This document shows, piece after piece, positions 18,490-27,947 of a DNA stretch of 64,000 nt (positions within the stretch are counted from its first letter, which is position 1; the number at the start of each line of letters is the position of its first letter). Source of the DNA: Candidatus Latescibacterota bacterium (GTDB taxonomy: Bacteria > Latescibacterota > UBA2968 > UBA8231); assembly GCA_963422735.1 (NCBI GenBank), contig OY730476.1, positions 4,576,001 through 4,640,000 of the forward strand. Reading direction: 5' to 3'. The translations under genes were made by a program, and so were the position numbers. A model generated the notes under the pieces. The model saw nothing but the letters and a program-made list of their open reading frames with translations. It searched no databases and was not told the DNA's origin.

Positions 18490-19965
18490 TTAGATTCCTA
18501 AGCGCTCGTACTGCTCCAGCGGAGCTTCGCACGCTTCCATCTGCTCGCGCAACAGCCGCTGCATCCGCTGCTCCAGTGCCGCGTTGGCGAGCGGCTCGGC
18601 CTGCTGGGGATCGCGCTCTAGGTCGAAGAGCAAGGTCCCGTACTCGTGCTGCTTGCTCCGCGTGTGTCCTTGCGTTCGCAGCAGCCGACAGCCCTTGCTG
18701 AAACCAAACGGCTCGGCTAGCTCCACGCCGGCAAATTCATCGACTGAGAATGAGCTGCGCATGTGCGTGGGCATGAGCGTGTAGTTGTACAGGGGCTGGT
18801 TGTCGGGTCGGGTGGGCGCGCGCATGTACACGTAGCGGCCATCGGTGACGTTGACCTGCCCGCCGTGGTTGCCGAAAATGGCGGCCTCGCGCACGGGTGA
18901 GTCGCTCGCGCAAACCTCGCGCAGGCTCTGGCCGAGCATGTCCGCGGTCGGCTCCATCCCAAAAAGGTCTAGCAAGGTCGGCCCCAAGTCGAGCGATGGC
19001 TGCACCAAGCTCTGCCGCCGCTGGCCCGTTTGGCCGCAGCGAGGATCCCAGACGAAAAACGGCGTGTTGGACAGCTCGCGGTACCAAGGCATCTGCACCT
19101 TGGCCCACAAGTCGTGCTCGCCGAGTAGGAAGCCGTGGTCGGTCCAGACCACGAGCATGGTGTCGTCCCACAGCGCTAGCCGGTCCATCTCGTCGAGGAT
19201 GTCGCCGAGCCGGGCGTCGCACATGCTCAGCAGCGATGCGTAGTGGCCTCGGCACTGATCGACGAGGGCTTGCTCTTCGGTCACGGAGCCGTAGGTCGGC
19301 CAGTCGAACAGCAGGGACGAGCGGTTCTTAAAAAGCGCTGGGTAGAGGTCTTGATACTGACGCTGGGTGAAAAAGGGCTCGTGCGGATCAAAAGTTTCAA
19401 TCTGCAAAAACCAATTGTCTTCGGCTTGGTTGCGGCGGATGAACTCGACTCCGGCTTTGAAGGTCTGGGTTTGGGGCTGGTCCTCCTCGCGGCGCATGTA
19501 TTGCCGGTTGACGCGGTCTTGGCGATGCCACGCACCGCGACCCGCATTGCTTCCGTGCGCTTCTGTAGGCGGCGGGTCGGCCACCTGCCCGATCCACGGA
19601 TCGCCCTCTTGGCCGCGGAAGAACTGCCAAGTGCTGTACTGGGTGTGGTACGTGGCCCCGCCGGCCTCCCAGTAATGGTAGTGGTCGCTGATGAGATGTG
19701 ACGAAACCCCGGCGTCGCGCAGCATTCGCGGCACGGAGTCGTCGAAAGGCTCCAGCGGCCCCCAAGAGCGGTGGAGAAAGTTGGGCCGCCCGGTGTGCAA
19801 ATCGCGGCGCGCCGGCATGCACGGCATGGAGCAGACGTAGCTGGTGTCGAAAGTGAGAGACCGCTCGGCGAGCCGCTGGAAATTGGGCGCGTGCGTCCAG
19901 TCGCAGCCATAGGGCGGCAACATGTGCCGGTTGAGCGAGTCGAACATGACCATAATTGCCTTCAT
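18490..19965 (-). CDS. Sulfatase
   Basis: MFDSLNRH, CMPARRDLHTG, DPHEPF, TDHG. Confidence 0.92.
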   Translation of the reverse strand: MKAIMVMFDSLNRHMLPPYGCDWTHAPNFQRLAERSLTFDTSYVCSMPCMPARRDLHTGRPNFLHRSWGPLEPFDDSVPRMLRDAGVSSHLISDHYHYWEAGGATYHTQYSTWQFFRGQEGDPWIGQVADPPPTEAHGSNAGRGAWHRQDRVNRQYMRREEDQPQTQTFKAGVEFIRRNQAEDNWFLQIETFDPHEPFFTQRQYQDLYPALFKNRSSLLFDWPTYGSVTEEQALVDQCRGHYASLLSMCDARLGDILDEMDRLALWDDTMLVVWTDHGFLLGEHDLWAKVQMPWYRELSNTPFFVWDPRCGQTGQRRQSLVQPSLDLGPTLLDLFGMEPTADMLGQSLREVCASDSPVREAAIFGNHGGQVNVTDGRYVYMRAPTRPDNQPLYNYTLMPTHMRSSFSVDEFAGVELAEPFGFSKGCRLLRTQGHTRSKQHEYGTLLFDLERDPQQAEPLANAALEQRMQRLLREQMEACEAPLEQYERLGI

Positions 19966-21008
19966 ACATTCACCTCGTGGAGGAGTTGGACGGCCTGTTG
20001 GCCGCGCTCGGACTCAGGATCGCGCCGCGCAATGCGCCGCAATTGGTACAAGGCCCGCTCGTCGCCGCCGCGCGCTAAGGATAGGGCCTCGGCAAACCCT
20101 TGATCCCCCCAGCGGGACAACTGCGGCACTACCTCTAGGTCTAGGGCTTGCCAATAGTACTGCAACTCTTCGCGTTGCCAGCCCGCGTAGCAAGCTTCCC
20201 AGTTAAAGCCGGTGACGCCAGTCAGGTGCGGCTCCAGCATGTGCCGCGCAATCGGCTCGTCCCGCGCTTGATAGCGGTTGTCGAGCGAAATGCGCAGGCG
20301 ATCTTCCGTGTAGTTGGGCAGAGCTTGGTGGACGGTTAGGCTCGGAAAGATCAGCGCGTCTCCGGCTTCGTAATTCGCGCTGAGCCAGCGCCCGGTCAGC
20401 TCGGATTCATCTACGGTCAAGCCGCCAGCCCCCAACGAGAAGTGGTGCTGGCGCACCTTGCCGATTTTGTGCGACCCGGGCAGCACCGCCAGCCCCCCCA
20501 ACTCCAACGGGCAATCGCCCACGGGTGCCCAGAAGGTGTAGGTGTTGAAGCTGCCTTGGAAGTGGACAAAGTCTTGGTGCTTGGGCGTGGTGTGCTCGGT
20601 GTATTGGGGAAACCACAGCCGGGCGATCTTCTGCGGATGCGGCAACACCGGGCCACCGACGACTTGCTCCATCACGGCTAAGACCTCCGGCCAATGCCCG
20701 GCTTGGTGAAAGGCCTCCAAGCGGTACACTCGGTGATATACCTCGGCGTATTCGGGATCGCCTTCGGTACACTGCGCCCCGATCCGCGCAATGCAGTCCA
20801 TGGGGTCCGTGCCAGCGACCAGCCACCCGGCCTCCATCAACACCTCGGCCACCTCTTGCCGCAGGGATAGCAGCTTGTCTTTGGCCATGATCTGCCGCAA
20901 AAAAATGTACCCTTGTTCGTCCAGACGTCGTCGCAGCTCAGCGCGGTCCCCGAGGGCCTCGTTGGCCTCTTGTAGCAGGCCGATTTCACTGGCGTCTTTT
21001 GCTGTCAT
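19962..21008 (-). CDS. PhyH-family Fe(II)/2-oxoglutarate dioxygenase with C-terminal helical extension
   Basis: TPKHQD, GGLAVLPGSH, TVHQALPN, RISLDNR. Confidence 0.88.
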   Translation of the reverse strand: MTAKDASEIGLLQEANEALGDRAELRRRLDEQGYIFLRQIMAKDKLLSLRQEVAEVLMEAGWLVAGTDPMDCIARIGAQCTEGDPEYAEVYHRVYRLEAFHQAGHWPEVLAVMEQVVGGPVLPHPQKIARLWFPQYTEHTTPKHQDFVHFQGSFNTYTFWAPVGDCPLELGGLAVLPGSHKIGKVRQHHFSLGAGGLTVDESELTGRWLSANYEAGDALIFPSLTVHQALPNYTEDRLRISLDNRYQARDEPIARHMLEPHLTGVTGFNWEACYAGWQREELQYYWQALDLEVVPQLSRWGDQGFAEALSLARGGDERALYQLRRIARRDPESERGQQAVQLLHEVNV

Positions 21009-21829
21009 CAGGCTCGTCCTTGCACCGCTGGCTCCATGTCGTTTCCCCGAAATCCGGCCACGACGATGTTGTTGTTGCGCTCCAGCACGTTGTCTTGGTC
21101 GATGCGATGCGGGTTGTCCTCAGCTCGCCCCACTGGCCGCAGCCTCGTGCTGTGATAGCCAAAGCGCACGGACTTGCGCCAAGAGTCCGTGCGGTTGCAA
21201 TCCGACCAGTGGATCGTCTGGTAGCTGAAGAAAATCATGTCGCCGCGCTCTGCCGGCACGGCAATGCTGTCGAGGCGGTCGGGATGGAATCGCTCCGGCG
21301 GCAGGTGCGGGGCTGTATCCGGCCCCAGCACGTGCTCCAGCGGCCCCTGCTTGTGGCTTTCTGGCACGACCATCAGCGCACCGCTTTCCAGCGGCGTGTC
21401 GTCTAAGTGCAGCAAGCAGTCCACGAAATCCGGCCCGTCGTGCGGGTAGAACGGATAGTCTTGGTGCATGGGGAAAGGCGTGCCTTTCTCCGGCGGCTTG
21501 GCGTGCAGGACGGTGTGGTGCCACTGCACCGGCCCATCGATGAGCTGCCGCACGCAGGCGAGCATCGCCTCGTGGAAGAGGACTCGGCCCCAAGCGGCCG
21601 AGTAAAAGTGCGGGTTGTGCATGAAGACCGCCCGCGTGTTGAGCCGCTCTTCTTCGTCGAGGTAGCGATCGCGCCAGGGGCCGACCCAGCCGATGGTCTC
21701 CTGCCCCCACTGCTCGATCACTCGCACCATCTCCGAGGCTAGCTCTTCGGCTTCCTCGGGCGTGAAAAGCTGGGCCACCTTGAGATAGCCCTGTTCGCGG
21801 TAGTGCGCTACCTGTTCCTTATTCAGCAT
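21008..21829 (-). CDS. PhyH-family Fe(II)/2-oxoglutarate dioxygenase
   Basis: KPP…PMHQD, VVPESH, TIHWS…R. Confidence 0.9.
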   Translation of the reverse strand: MLNKEQVAHYREQGYLKVAQLFTPEEAEELASEMVRVIEQWGQETIGWVGPWRDRYLDEEERLNTRAVFMHNPHFYSAAWGRVLFHEAMLACVRQLIDGPVQWHHTVLHAKPPEKGTPFPMHQDYPFYPHDGPDFVDCLLHLDDTPLESGALMVVPESHKQGPLEHVLGPDTAPHLPPERFHPDRLDSIAVPAERGDMIFFSYQTIHWSDCNRTDSWRKSVRFGYHSTRLRPVGRAEDNPHRIDQDNVLERNNNIVVAGFRGNDMEPAVQGRA

Positions 21830-21831
21830 GT

Positions 21832-22842
21832 CTAGCTCCTTTCTTCTTCGGCCCTCTTTTGCAGGGCGCGCATGTAAGCCAATGTATAAGCCGTACCCAG
21901 CCGCCCGTCGTCGCCCATCTGCGGGATGTGGTCCGGGATCAAGGTGCCGTCGTACCCAACTTCGGCCAGCGTCCGCATGGCCTGATACATATCGAAGTAT
22001 CCGTCATCGACAAAGGTCTCGACAAAGTGGGGTAGCGGCTGGTCAACGTTGCGGTAGTGGACCTTGAATATCTTGCCCTGCCCGCCGAAATAGCGAATCG
22101 TCTCCACCACATCGCGGCCCATAGCCTCGCCCCCCTCCAGCCAGCAGCCGATGCACAAGCACATCCCCACGTTGGGGCTGTCGGCGATTTCGAGGGCGCG
22201 TTTGTACCCGTCAAAGCTGCTGAAAATGGGCCGCGGGACCCCGCCCAACAGCACCCCGGGCGGGTCGTCCGGGTGAATGCCAATGCGGACGCCAGCCTCC
22301 TCGGCGACCGGCGCGACTTCCTTGGCAAAGGAGGCGAAGTTGTCCCACAGCTCTTCCTCGGTGTATTCGCGGCCGTGCGTCAGCCCCTCGCCGGTAAATC
22401 CGCCGCCGGAAGCCTCGGCGAGCCGCGCCATGTCAAAGGCCCGCGCCCTAGAGCCGCCGCGGGTCCGCTCCGGCGGTGTGCTCCACACGCTATTGGCCAT
22501 GTGCGCGTATGTCGTATAGGGAATGTCGGCTTGGCCCAGGTTGCGGATGTGCGCCTTGTACTCTTCTACTTTCTCGTCTCGGTTGGGCAGGTTGAGGGTG
22601 ATCGCATCCACGTTGTGGACGCTGCCATTGCCCAGTCCATAGAGCTGGATGCCGCCGCGGGCAAAGTGCGCTCGGCGGCTGCGATAGTACTCGGGGCTGG
22701 CCTTGGCCGGATCGACCCAAGTCACTGCGTATTCTACGCCCATTTGCCGCACAAAGGCCATTTCTTCGTCGCTCGGCTCTGGGGGCATCTGGGCCGCGAC
22801 CTTGAGGCCGGGCGCTATTTCCATGTGGCTTTTGACGGCCAT
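21832..22842 (-). CDS. Mannonate dehydratase (UxuA)-like protein
   Basis: PVAEEAGVRIGIHPDDPP, VHYRNV, FVETFVDDG, IPDH. Confidence 0.85.
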   Translation of the reverse strand: MAVKSHMEIAPGLKVAAQMPPEPSDEEMAFVRQMGVEYAVTWVDPAKASPEYYRSRRAHFARGGIQLYGLGNGSVHNVDAITLNLPNRDEKVEEYKAHIRNLGQADIPYTTYAHMANSVWSTPPERTRGGSRARAFDMARLAEASGGGFTGEGLTHGREYTEEELWDNFASFAKEVAPVAEEAGVRIGIHPDDPPGVLLGGVPRPIFSSFDGYKRALEIADSPNVGMCLCIGCWLEGGEAMGRDVVETIRYFGGQGKIFKVHYRNVDQPLPHFVETFVDDGYFDMYQAMRTLAEVGYDGTLIPDHIPQMGDDGRLGTAYTLAYMRALQKRAEEERS

Positions 22843-22984
22843 GATGATCTTCCTTTCGCTCCAAAGGGCAGGGATGGGATTGCGCGGCAAATCTAAGGCC
22901 CGAGCCGTGCGCTATCAACCGAGGAGCGCAAGCGGCAAATTAAATACGTCGCTATACTTTGGGAGCGGAAGGGGTGCGCGTAAA

Positions 22985-23788
22985 ATGCAGAATAAACTCA
23001 TGCAGCGTCCGGCCCCAATCGTCACGCTGACGACGGATTTCGGCTGCGGCGACTACTATGTCGGTGCGATGAAGGGGGTCATCCTGCGCATCGCCCCGGA
23101 GGTCCATATAGTGGATATTTCCCACCAGATTCCGCCCCAAGACGTGCTTGCCGCTGCCTTTGTCTTGCGCCACGCCGCGGGCGAATTCCCGCCCGGCACC
23201 GTGCATGTAGCCGTCGTCGATCCCGGCGTAGGTACCCAGCGCCGCCCCCTCGCCCTCCAGAGCAGCGGCCACTTGTGGGTGGGGCCAGACAACGGCCTCT
23301 TCAGCTTCGTCCTCGACCGCGCCGACAGCCAAGTTCACTCGATCGCCCGACGCGACCTCGGCCGACTCGACCCGAGCAACACCTTCCACGGCCGCGATCT
23401 CTTCGCTCCGCTGGCCGCTCACCTCTGTTGTGGCTTGGACCTTGCTGCCGTCGGGCCGCCAGTGGCCGACCCGGTGCGCTTAGCCGAATCCGCACCTTGT
23501 AAATCGGCTAGCCGCATCACCGGCCACATCGTTCACATTGACGGCTTCGGCAACTTGGTGTCCAACATTGCGGCCGCCGACATGGCACCGTGGGGCTTTG
23601 CGCTGCGCATCGGCCTCGGCGCGCACGTACTCACGCAGCTTTGCAGCACGTACGAGGATGTCGAACCGGGCGCTCCCCTTGCCTTGATCGGCAGCGCCGG
23701 TCTGTTGGAAATTGCGGTCAACCGCGGCCATGCCGCCCGTCAACTGAACGTGCAACGCCGCGCTCCCCTCGTCGTCGAAAGGCTCTGA
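22985..23788 (+). CDS. SAM hydroxide adenosyltransferase (DUF62 family)
   Basis: TLTTDFG, VVDPGVGT, GPDNG, TFHGRD, HIDGFGN, LEIAVN. Confidence 0.92.
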   Translation: MQNKLMQRPAPIVTLTTDFGCGDYYVGAMKGVILRIAPEVHIVDISHQIPPQDVLAAAFVLRHAAGEFPPGTVHVAVVDPGVGTQRRPLALQSSGHLWVGPDNGLFSFVLDRADSQVHSIARRDLGRLDPSNTFHGRDLFAPLAAHLCCGLDLAAVGPPVADPVRLAESAPCKSASRITGHIVHIDGFGNLVSNIAAADMAPWGFALRIGLGAHVLTQLCSTYEDVEPGAPLALIGSAGLLEIAVNRGHAARQLNVQRRAPLVVERL

Positions 23789-23800
23789 AAAAGAAAAATT

Positions 23801-25159
23801 ATGTCTAGCGCTCCGCTCATCGTCGGCATTTCTGGAATTCGCGGCCTCGTCGGCCAGTCGCTCACCGACGAGGTCGTCGCCCGCTTTGCCGCGGCCTTTG
23901 GCACCACCTTGACGCTGGGCGCTACCGTTGTCCTCGCCCGCGACACGCGCCCATCTGGAGCGGCTTTTGCCCAAGCTGCGGCCGCCGCATTATGCCAGAC
24001 AGGTTGCCGCGTCGTCGATTTGGGCACGTGCTCTACGCCCGGGGCCAAGCTGATGGTCGCCGCGCTCAATGCCGAGGGCGCAATTATCATCACCGCCAGC
24101 CATAATCCGGCCCGGTGGAACGGCCTCAAGCTGGTGCGCGCCGACGGCGTCTTCCTCAATGCGGAAGAGGGCGCGCACGTCGAGGCCCTCTTCCACGCGG
24201 GCCAGTTTCGCTGCGCCGCGTCCGGTGCGGTGGAAACGCGCGACCCGGACTCCGTAGTGGCGCGCCACGTCCAGCGGATTGTGGACTACGTCGATGCCGC
24301 GGCCATTCGCCGGGCCGGGTTCAAGGTGGCCGTCGATCCCTGCAATGGCACGGGGGCCTTGTTGGTCCCGAGCCTGCTGGACGCCTTGGGCGTCGAAGCC
24401 ATGCTCATCAACGCACGGCCCGACGGCAATTTCGCCCACGACCCGGAGCCGGTGCCCGCCAACCTCGTCCAGCTCGGCCAGGCCGTGCGCAATGGCGGCT
24501 GCGCCATCGGCTTTGCCATTGACCCGGACGCCGACCGCGTCGCCTTGGTCGATTCGAGCGGCGCACCCGTAGGCGAAGACTACACGCTCGCGATTGCAGT
24601 GCAAGCGGCGGCGGCGCGGCAGCCCGGTCCGGTCGTCACCACCCTCTCCACCTCGCAGGCCGTTACGGACGCGGCCGCTGCCCACAACTGCCCGGTCTTT
24701 CTCACGGCGGTCGGCGAAGTAAACGTGGTGGAGAAGATGATAGCCGAGCGAGCCGTCATCGGCGGCGAGGGCAATGGCGGCGTCATCGTCGCCCAAGTTG
24801 GCCCCAGCCGCGATGCGGCCGTTGGCTTGGCTCTAGTTCTAGAGGCGATGGCACGCACCGGACGATCCCTCGAAGAACTGATCGCCGCCCTGCCCAGCTA
24901 CGCCATCGACAAGCGCAAAATTACTTGCACCCCAGAGCAGCTAGCCGCTGCCCTCGCCGCCCTGCGCGGACGCTACCCCGAGGCGTATGTCCACCCGGTG
25001 CGCGATGGTTCCAAGCTCTACCTAAATGGGCGGCTCGAATGCCCTTGGATCCACCTCCGTGCCTCCAACACCGAGCCCATTGTCCGCGTCATCGCCGAGA
25101 GTGCGAGTGCTGCAGAAGCCGCCCGGCTCTGCGACGAGATGGAAGGGTTGTTTAGATAG
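23801..25159 (+). CDS. Phosphoglucosamine mutase/phosphomannomutase
   Basis: TASHNP, DPDADR, GGEGNGG, RASNTEP. Confidence 0.92.
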   Translation: MSSAPLIVGISGIRGLVGQSLTDEVVARFAAAFGTTLTLGATVVLARDTRPSGAAFAQAAAAALCQTGCRVVDLGTCSTPGAKLMVAALNAEGAIIITASHNPARWNGLKLVRADGVFLNAEEGAHVEALFHAGQFRCAASGAVETRDPDSVVARHVQRIVDYVDAAAIRRAGFKVAVDPCNGTGALLVPSLLDALGVEAMLINARPDGNFAHDPEPVPANLVQLGQAVRNGGCAIGFAIDPDADRVALVDSSGAPVGEDYTLAIAVQAAAARQPGPVVTTLSTSQAVTDAAAAHNCPVFLTAVGEVNVVEKMIAERAVIGGEGNGGVIVAQVGPSRDAAVGLALVLEAMARTGRSLEELIAALPSYAIDKRKITCTPEQLAAALAALRGRYPEAYVHPVRDGSKLYLNGRLECPWIHLRASNTEPIVRVIAESASAAEAARLCDEMEGLFR

Positions 25160-25246
25160 GAGAAGGACGACGCGGCGGGATGGCCCGAAGCCGCTCGGGC
25201 TCGAAGACACCCCTGCCGGGTGCCCTCTCAGAACAAAGGAGAGACA

Positions 25247-25917
25247 ATGAACAAGATCATTTTCGTTTCGATCGCAGCGTTGTTGGCTTGCGCCGGTCCC
25301 GAAGGCGAACAAGGGCCTGTACGTCCCGCCGGCCCAGAAGGCCCGCAAGGAACAGATGTCTTTAAGTTGTTTACGTTCTTTCGGACGGACTTCAACAATG
25401 AAAACCAAATAGGGGAGGTCCTGGAACTTGGCGAATACAACGAGGGAGGCTAATTGGACGGGGTAGTGACGAAGAAATTACGACGAGTTTGTACTCAAGA
25501 GCCGACTTTAACGGACCACTCTACGTCACAGTCACGACTCAAGGGCTTCGTGGTATTAAGGGCAGCCAGTACGGTGTCATGTTTTATCGAGACGGTAGGG
25601 ACTTCTACGGATATAGCATAAATACCTATGGGAATTTTGTATTAAGTCGATGGGATGACGGAGGCAGCCCTATAGCACTGGTCGATTGGACTTATAGCTC
25701 ATCCATCAATGAAGAGGGAACCAATACGTTAAGTGTCTTTATTGACAAAGGCCAGATAGAAGCATCCATCAACGGAATGCTCGTCGCTGAGGTCTTTGAC
25801 GACACCTACACCGAAGGAAGAGTAGGTGTCTTTATAGGTGGCGACCAAGAAGTGGCCTTCGACGATCTGACCGTAGGGACGCTCCCTCGTTTGGAAAAGC
25901 CTGTGGCGAGTCCGTAG
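25247..25917 (+). pseudogene. Lipoprotein with short collagen-like linker and DUF1080/ConA-like domain, frameshifted near 25405
   Basis: Lipobox LLAC, GPEGEQGP…GPEGPQG. Second frame is open from 25402 (GPGTWRIQRGRLIG…NTLSV…INGMLV…GRVGV…VAFDDL). Confidence 0.65.
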
Positions 25918-26010
25918 CCCAGTTAAGCCACACCAGCCTTTAGCAAAGGGCCGCTTGTATCTTGCTCTGAGCAATGCTTGGGAGCGAGGACATTTTCTCT
26001 CGTCTCAGAG

Positions 26011-26517
26011 TTAGCTAGCGGCGACGATATCCCCATAGGAGCCTTTGACTAGCTGGTCGCTGGTGATTTCCAATGCCCTCATCAGGGCCTCTACGCGCTG
26101 GTGCGACTCCTCGATGCCTTTTTCTTCGGTCACAGCCTCTAGCTCGACGAACTGGCCGATGCCCTTCACGTCGTCGAGATGAATGCGCACGTTTTCCCAC
26201 AGCCAAACTTGGCGCGTCTTTTCCACCTCAACCCAGATGCCGTGGATGTTGCTGAGGATGTGGCGCAGGCCCTCGGGGTCTTCGGTCTTGGCAATCTCGT
26301 AGTCGCTGCGCTTGGGGCCGGCTAGGTCCTCGCGCTGGTAGAAAATCAGATGACCTTCGTCGGTTCCAAGCTCGCGCAGCTTGAGCCGCCCTTGGTCGAT
26401 GTTGAAATAGGTGTCCTTCTGGTGGAAGGTCCCCGCTAGCCCCGCGCCGAGGGCGTTGAGGTTTTCTTCGGCGCGCTGGACATCTTGATAGTGAGCCTTG
26501 ATCTCGATATTGGTCAT
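26011..26517 (-). CDS. CYTH domain protein (class IV adenylate cyclase-like)
   Basis: NIEIKA, QKDTYF, RLKLR, VEKTR, IHLDDV, FVELE. Confidence 0.9.
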   Translation of the reverse strand: MTNIEIKAHYQDVQRAEENLNALGAGLAGTFHQKDTYFNIDQGRLKLRELGTDEGHLIFYQREDLAGPKRSDYEIAKTEDPEGLRHILSNIHGIWVEVEKTRQVWLWENVRIHLDDVKGIGQFVELEAVTEEKGIEESHQRVEALMRALEITSDQLVKGSYGDIVAAS

Positions 26518-26699
26518 GTCGGATGCGTTTCGTTGAATACGGCCTGAAAATTTACGCCCGCCCCTCGGCCCGTGCAAGCTTGCGCTCCACTCCCCAATAC
26601 ATCAAAATAACCCATGGCCGCCCACGCCGAAGCCGCCGCTACACCGACCGCCGACCGTGCTGTTCCACTAACCCGAACTCGCCGAGGCTGGCCTGTGCG

Positions 26700-26920
26700 C
26701 GGGCCTTGGCAAAGCCGCATTGGATGGCTGGAAGGCATCGCCGAGCAGATAGCCCCTCGACTGGACAGCATAGAGCGAGCTATCAGCGAACTTCGCCGCG
26801 ATACCAACGCCCGCTTAGGGCCTCATATTGTGGGTGATCGGAACGCAAATCGCGCTCATGGGCTTGTCGTTCGTCGCTCAATCGACCGGCCAGCCTACGC
26901 CACAAGGAGAAGTGCCATGA
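26700..26920 (+). pseudogene. Small coiled-coil plus TM protein remnant (DUF1640-like)
   Basis: RIGWLEGIAEQIAPRLDSIERAISELRRDTNARL, then a frameshift near 26818 to GLILWVIGTQIALMGLSFVA. Confidence 0.45.
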
Positions 26921-26963
26921 CCATGGCTCCCCTAATCGCCGCCGTAGCCAAAGGGGAACTTCT

Positions 26964-27938
26964 ATGAAAGCCATAACCGTAGCCGATGACGCAGACCACT
27001 CGCTCTGCTGGCAAGAGGTCCCAGATCCCACCTGCGGCCCGGGCGAGGTCCTCGTCGATATACATGCCACAGCCGTCAATCGCGCCGATCTCCTCCAACG
27101 CGCCGGCAAGTACCCGCCGCCCCCGGGCGCATCCTCCTACATGGGCTTGGAAATGGCGGGCGTGATCGCCGACACGGGCGCGGCCGCAACGCAGTGGCAG
27201 CCCGGCGACCGCGTCCTCGGCCTGCTCTCCGGCGGCGGGTACGCCGAGCGCGTGGCCGTTCCCGCCACCCATTTGCTGCCTCTGCCCGCCGAGCGCGGCT
27301 TCACTTGGGGAGCTGCCATTTGTGAGGTCTTTCTCACCGCTTTTGTCAACCTGTTCCGCGAAGCCGGTTTGTGTGCGGGCGAGACGGCCCTCATCCACGG
27401 CGGGGGCAGCGGCGTCGGCACGGCCGCTGTGCAGCTATGCTGTCAAGCCGCTGCCAAGGCGATCGTCACGGCCGGCACGGACGACAAGGTCGCGTACTGC
27501 CTAGCGCTGGGCGCAGAGTTCGGGGTCAACTACAAGGAGCGGGACTTTGCCGAGGCCATCCTCGCCCACACCGACGGGGTTGATGTGATCCTCGACATCG
27601 CGGGGGCCTCCTACTTGACGCGCAATGTGCGGCTGCTCAAATCCAGGGGCCGCCTCGTGGTCATCGCCGTCCTGACCGGTGCCGAGGCCCAGATCGACCT
27701 CTTGGAACTACAGAGGAAGCGTCTGCGCCTGATCGGCTCGGTTTTGCGCAGCCGTTCGGACGCGGAGAAAACCGCGATCATTGCAGCCTTCAAAGAGCGC
27801 TTCTGGCCGCTGCTAATCGACGGGCGCATGTGCGCCATCATAGAGGATGTGCTGCCCATTGAGCGCGCGGCCGAAGCCCAAGACATCCTGCGGCAAAACC
27901 GCAACATCGGCAAGGTCGTCCTGCAAGTTAGGAATTAG
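26964..27938 (+). CDS. NAD(P)H-quinone oxidoreductase (PIG3 family)
   Basis: VNRADLLQRAGKYPPP, GGGYAE, HGGGSGVG, GSVLRSR, NIGKVVL. Confidence 0.92.
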   Translation: MKAITVADDADHSLCWQEVPDPTCGPGEVLVDIHATAVNRADLLQRAGKYPPPPGASSYMGLEMAGVIADTGAAATQWQPGDRVLGLLSGGGYAERVAVPATHLLPLPAERGFTWGAAICEVFLTAFVNLFREAGLCAGETALIHGGGSGVGTAAVQLCCQAAAKAIVTAGTDDKVAYCLALGAEFGVNYKERDFAEAILAHTDGVDVILDIAGASYLTRNVRLLKSRGRLVVIAVLTGAEAQIDLLELQRKRLRLIGSVLRSRSDAEKTAIIAAFKERFWPLLIDGRMCAIIEDVLPIERAAEAQDILRQNRNIGKVVLQVRN

Positions 27939-27947
27939 GAGTTTTCT

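Noticed and set aside
22057-22896. Long antisense or alternative-frame ORFs (also 28056-28943, 42577-43461, 49898-50821, 53504-54496, 62676-63545)
   Set aside because: Shadow ORFs of well-supported genes, expected from GC-rich codon bias; no recognisable motifs.
22985-23788. SAM-dependent chlorinase/fluorinase
   Set aside because: It carries the TFHGRD motif typical of hydroxide adenosyltransferases and sits next to a housekeeping mutase, not a biosynthetic cluster.
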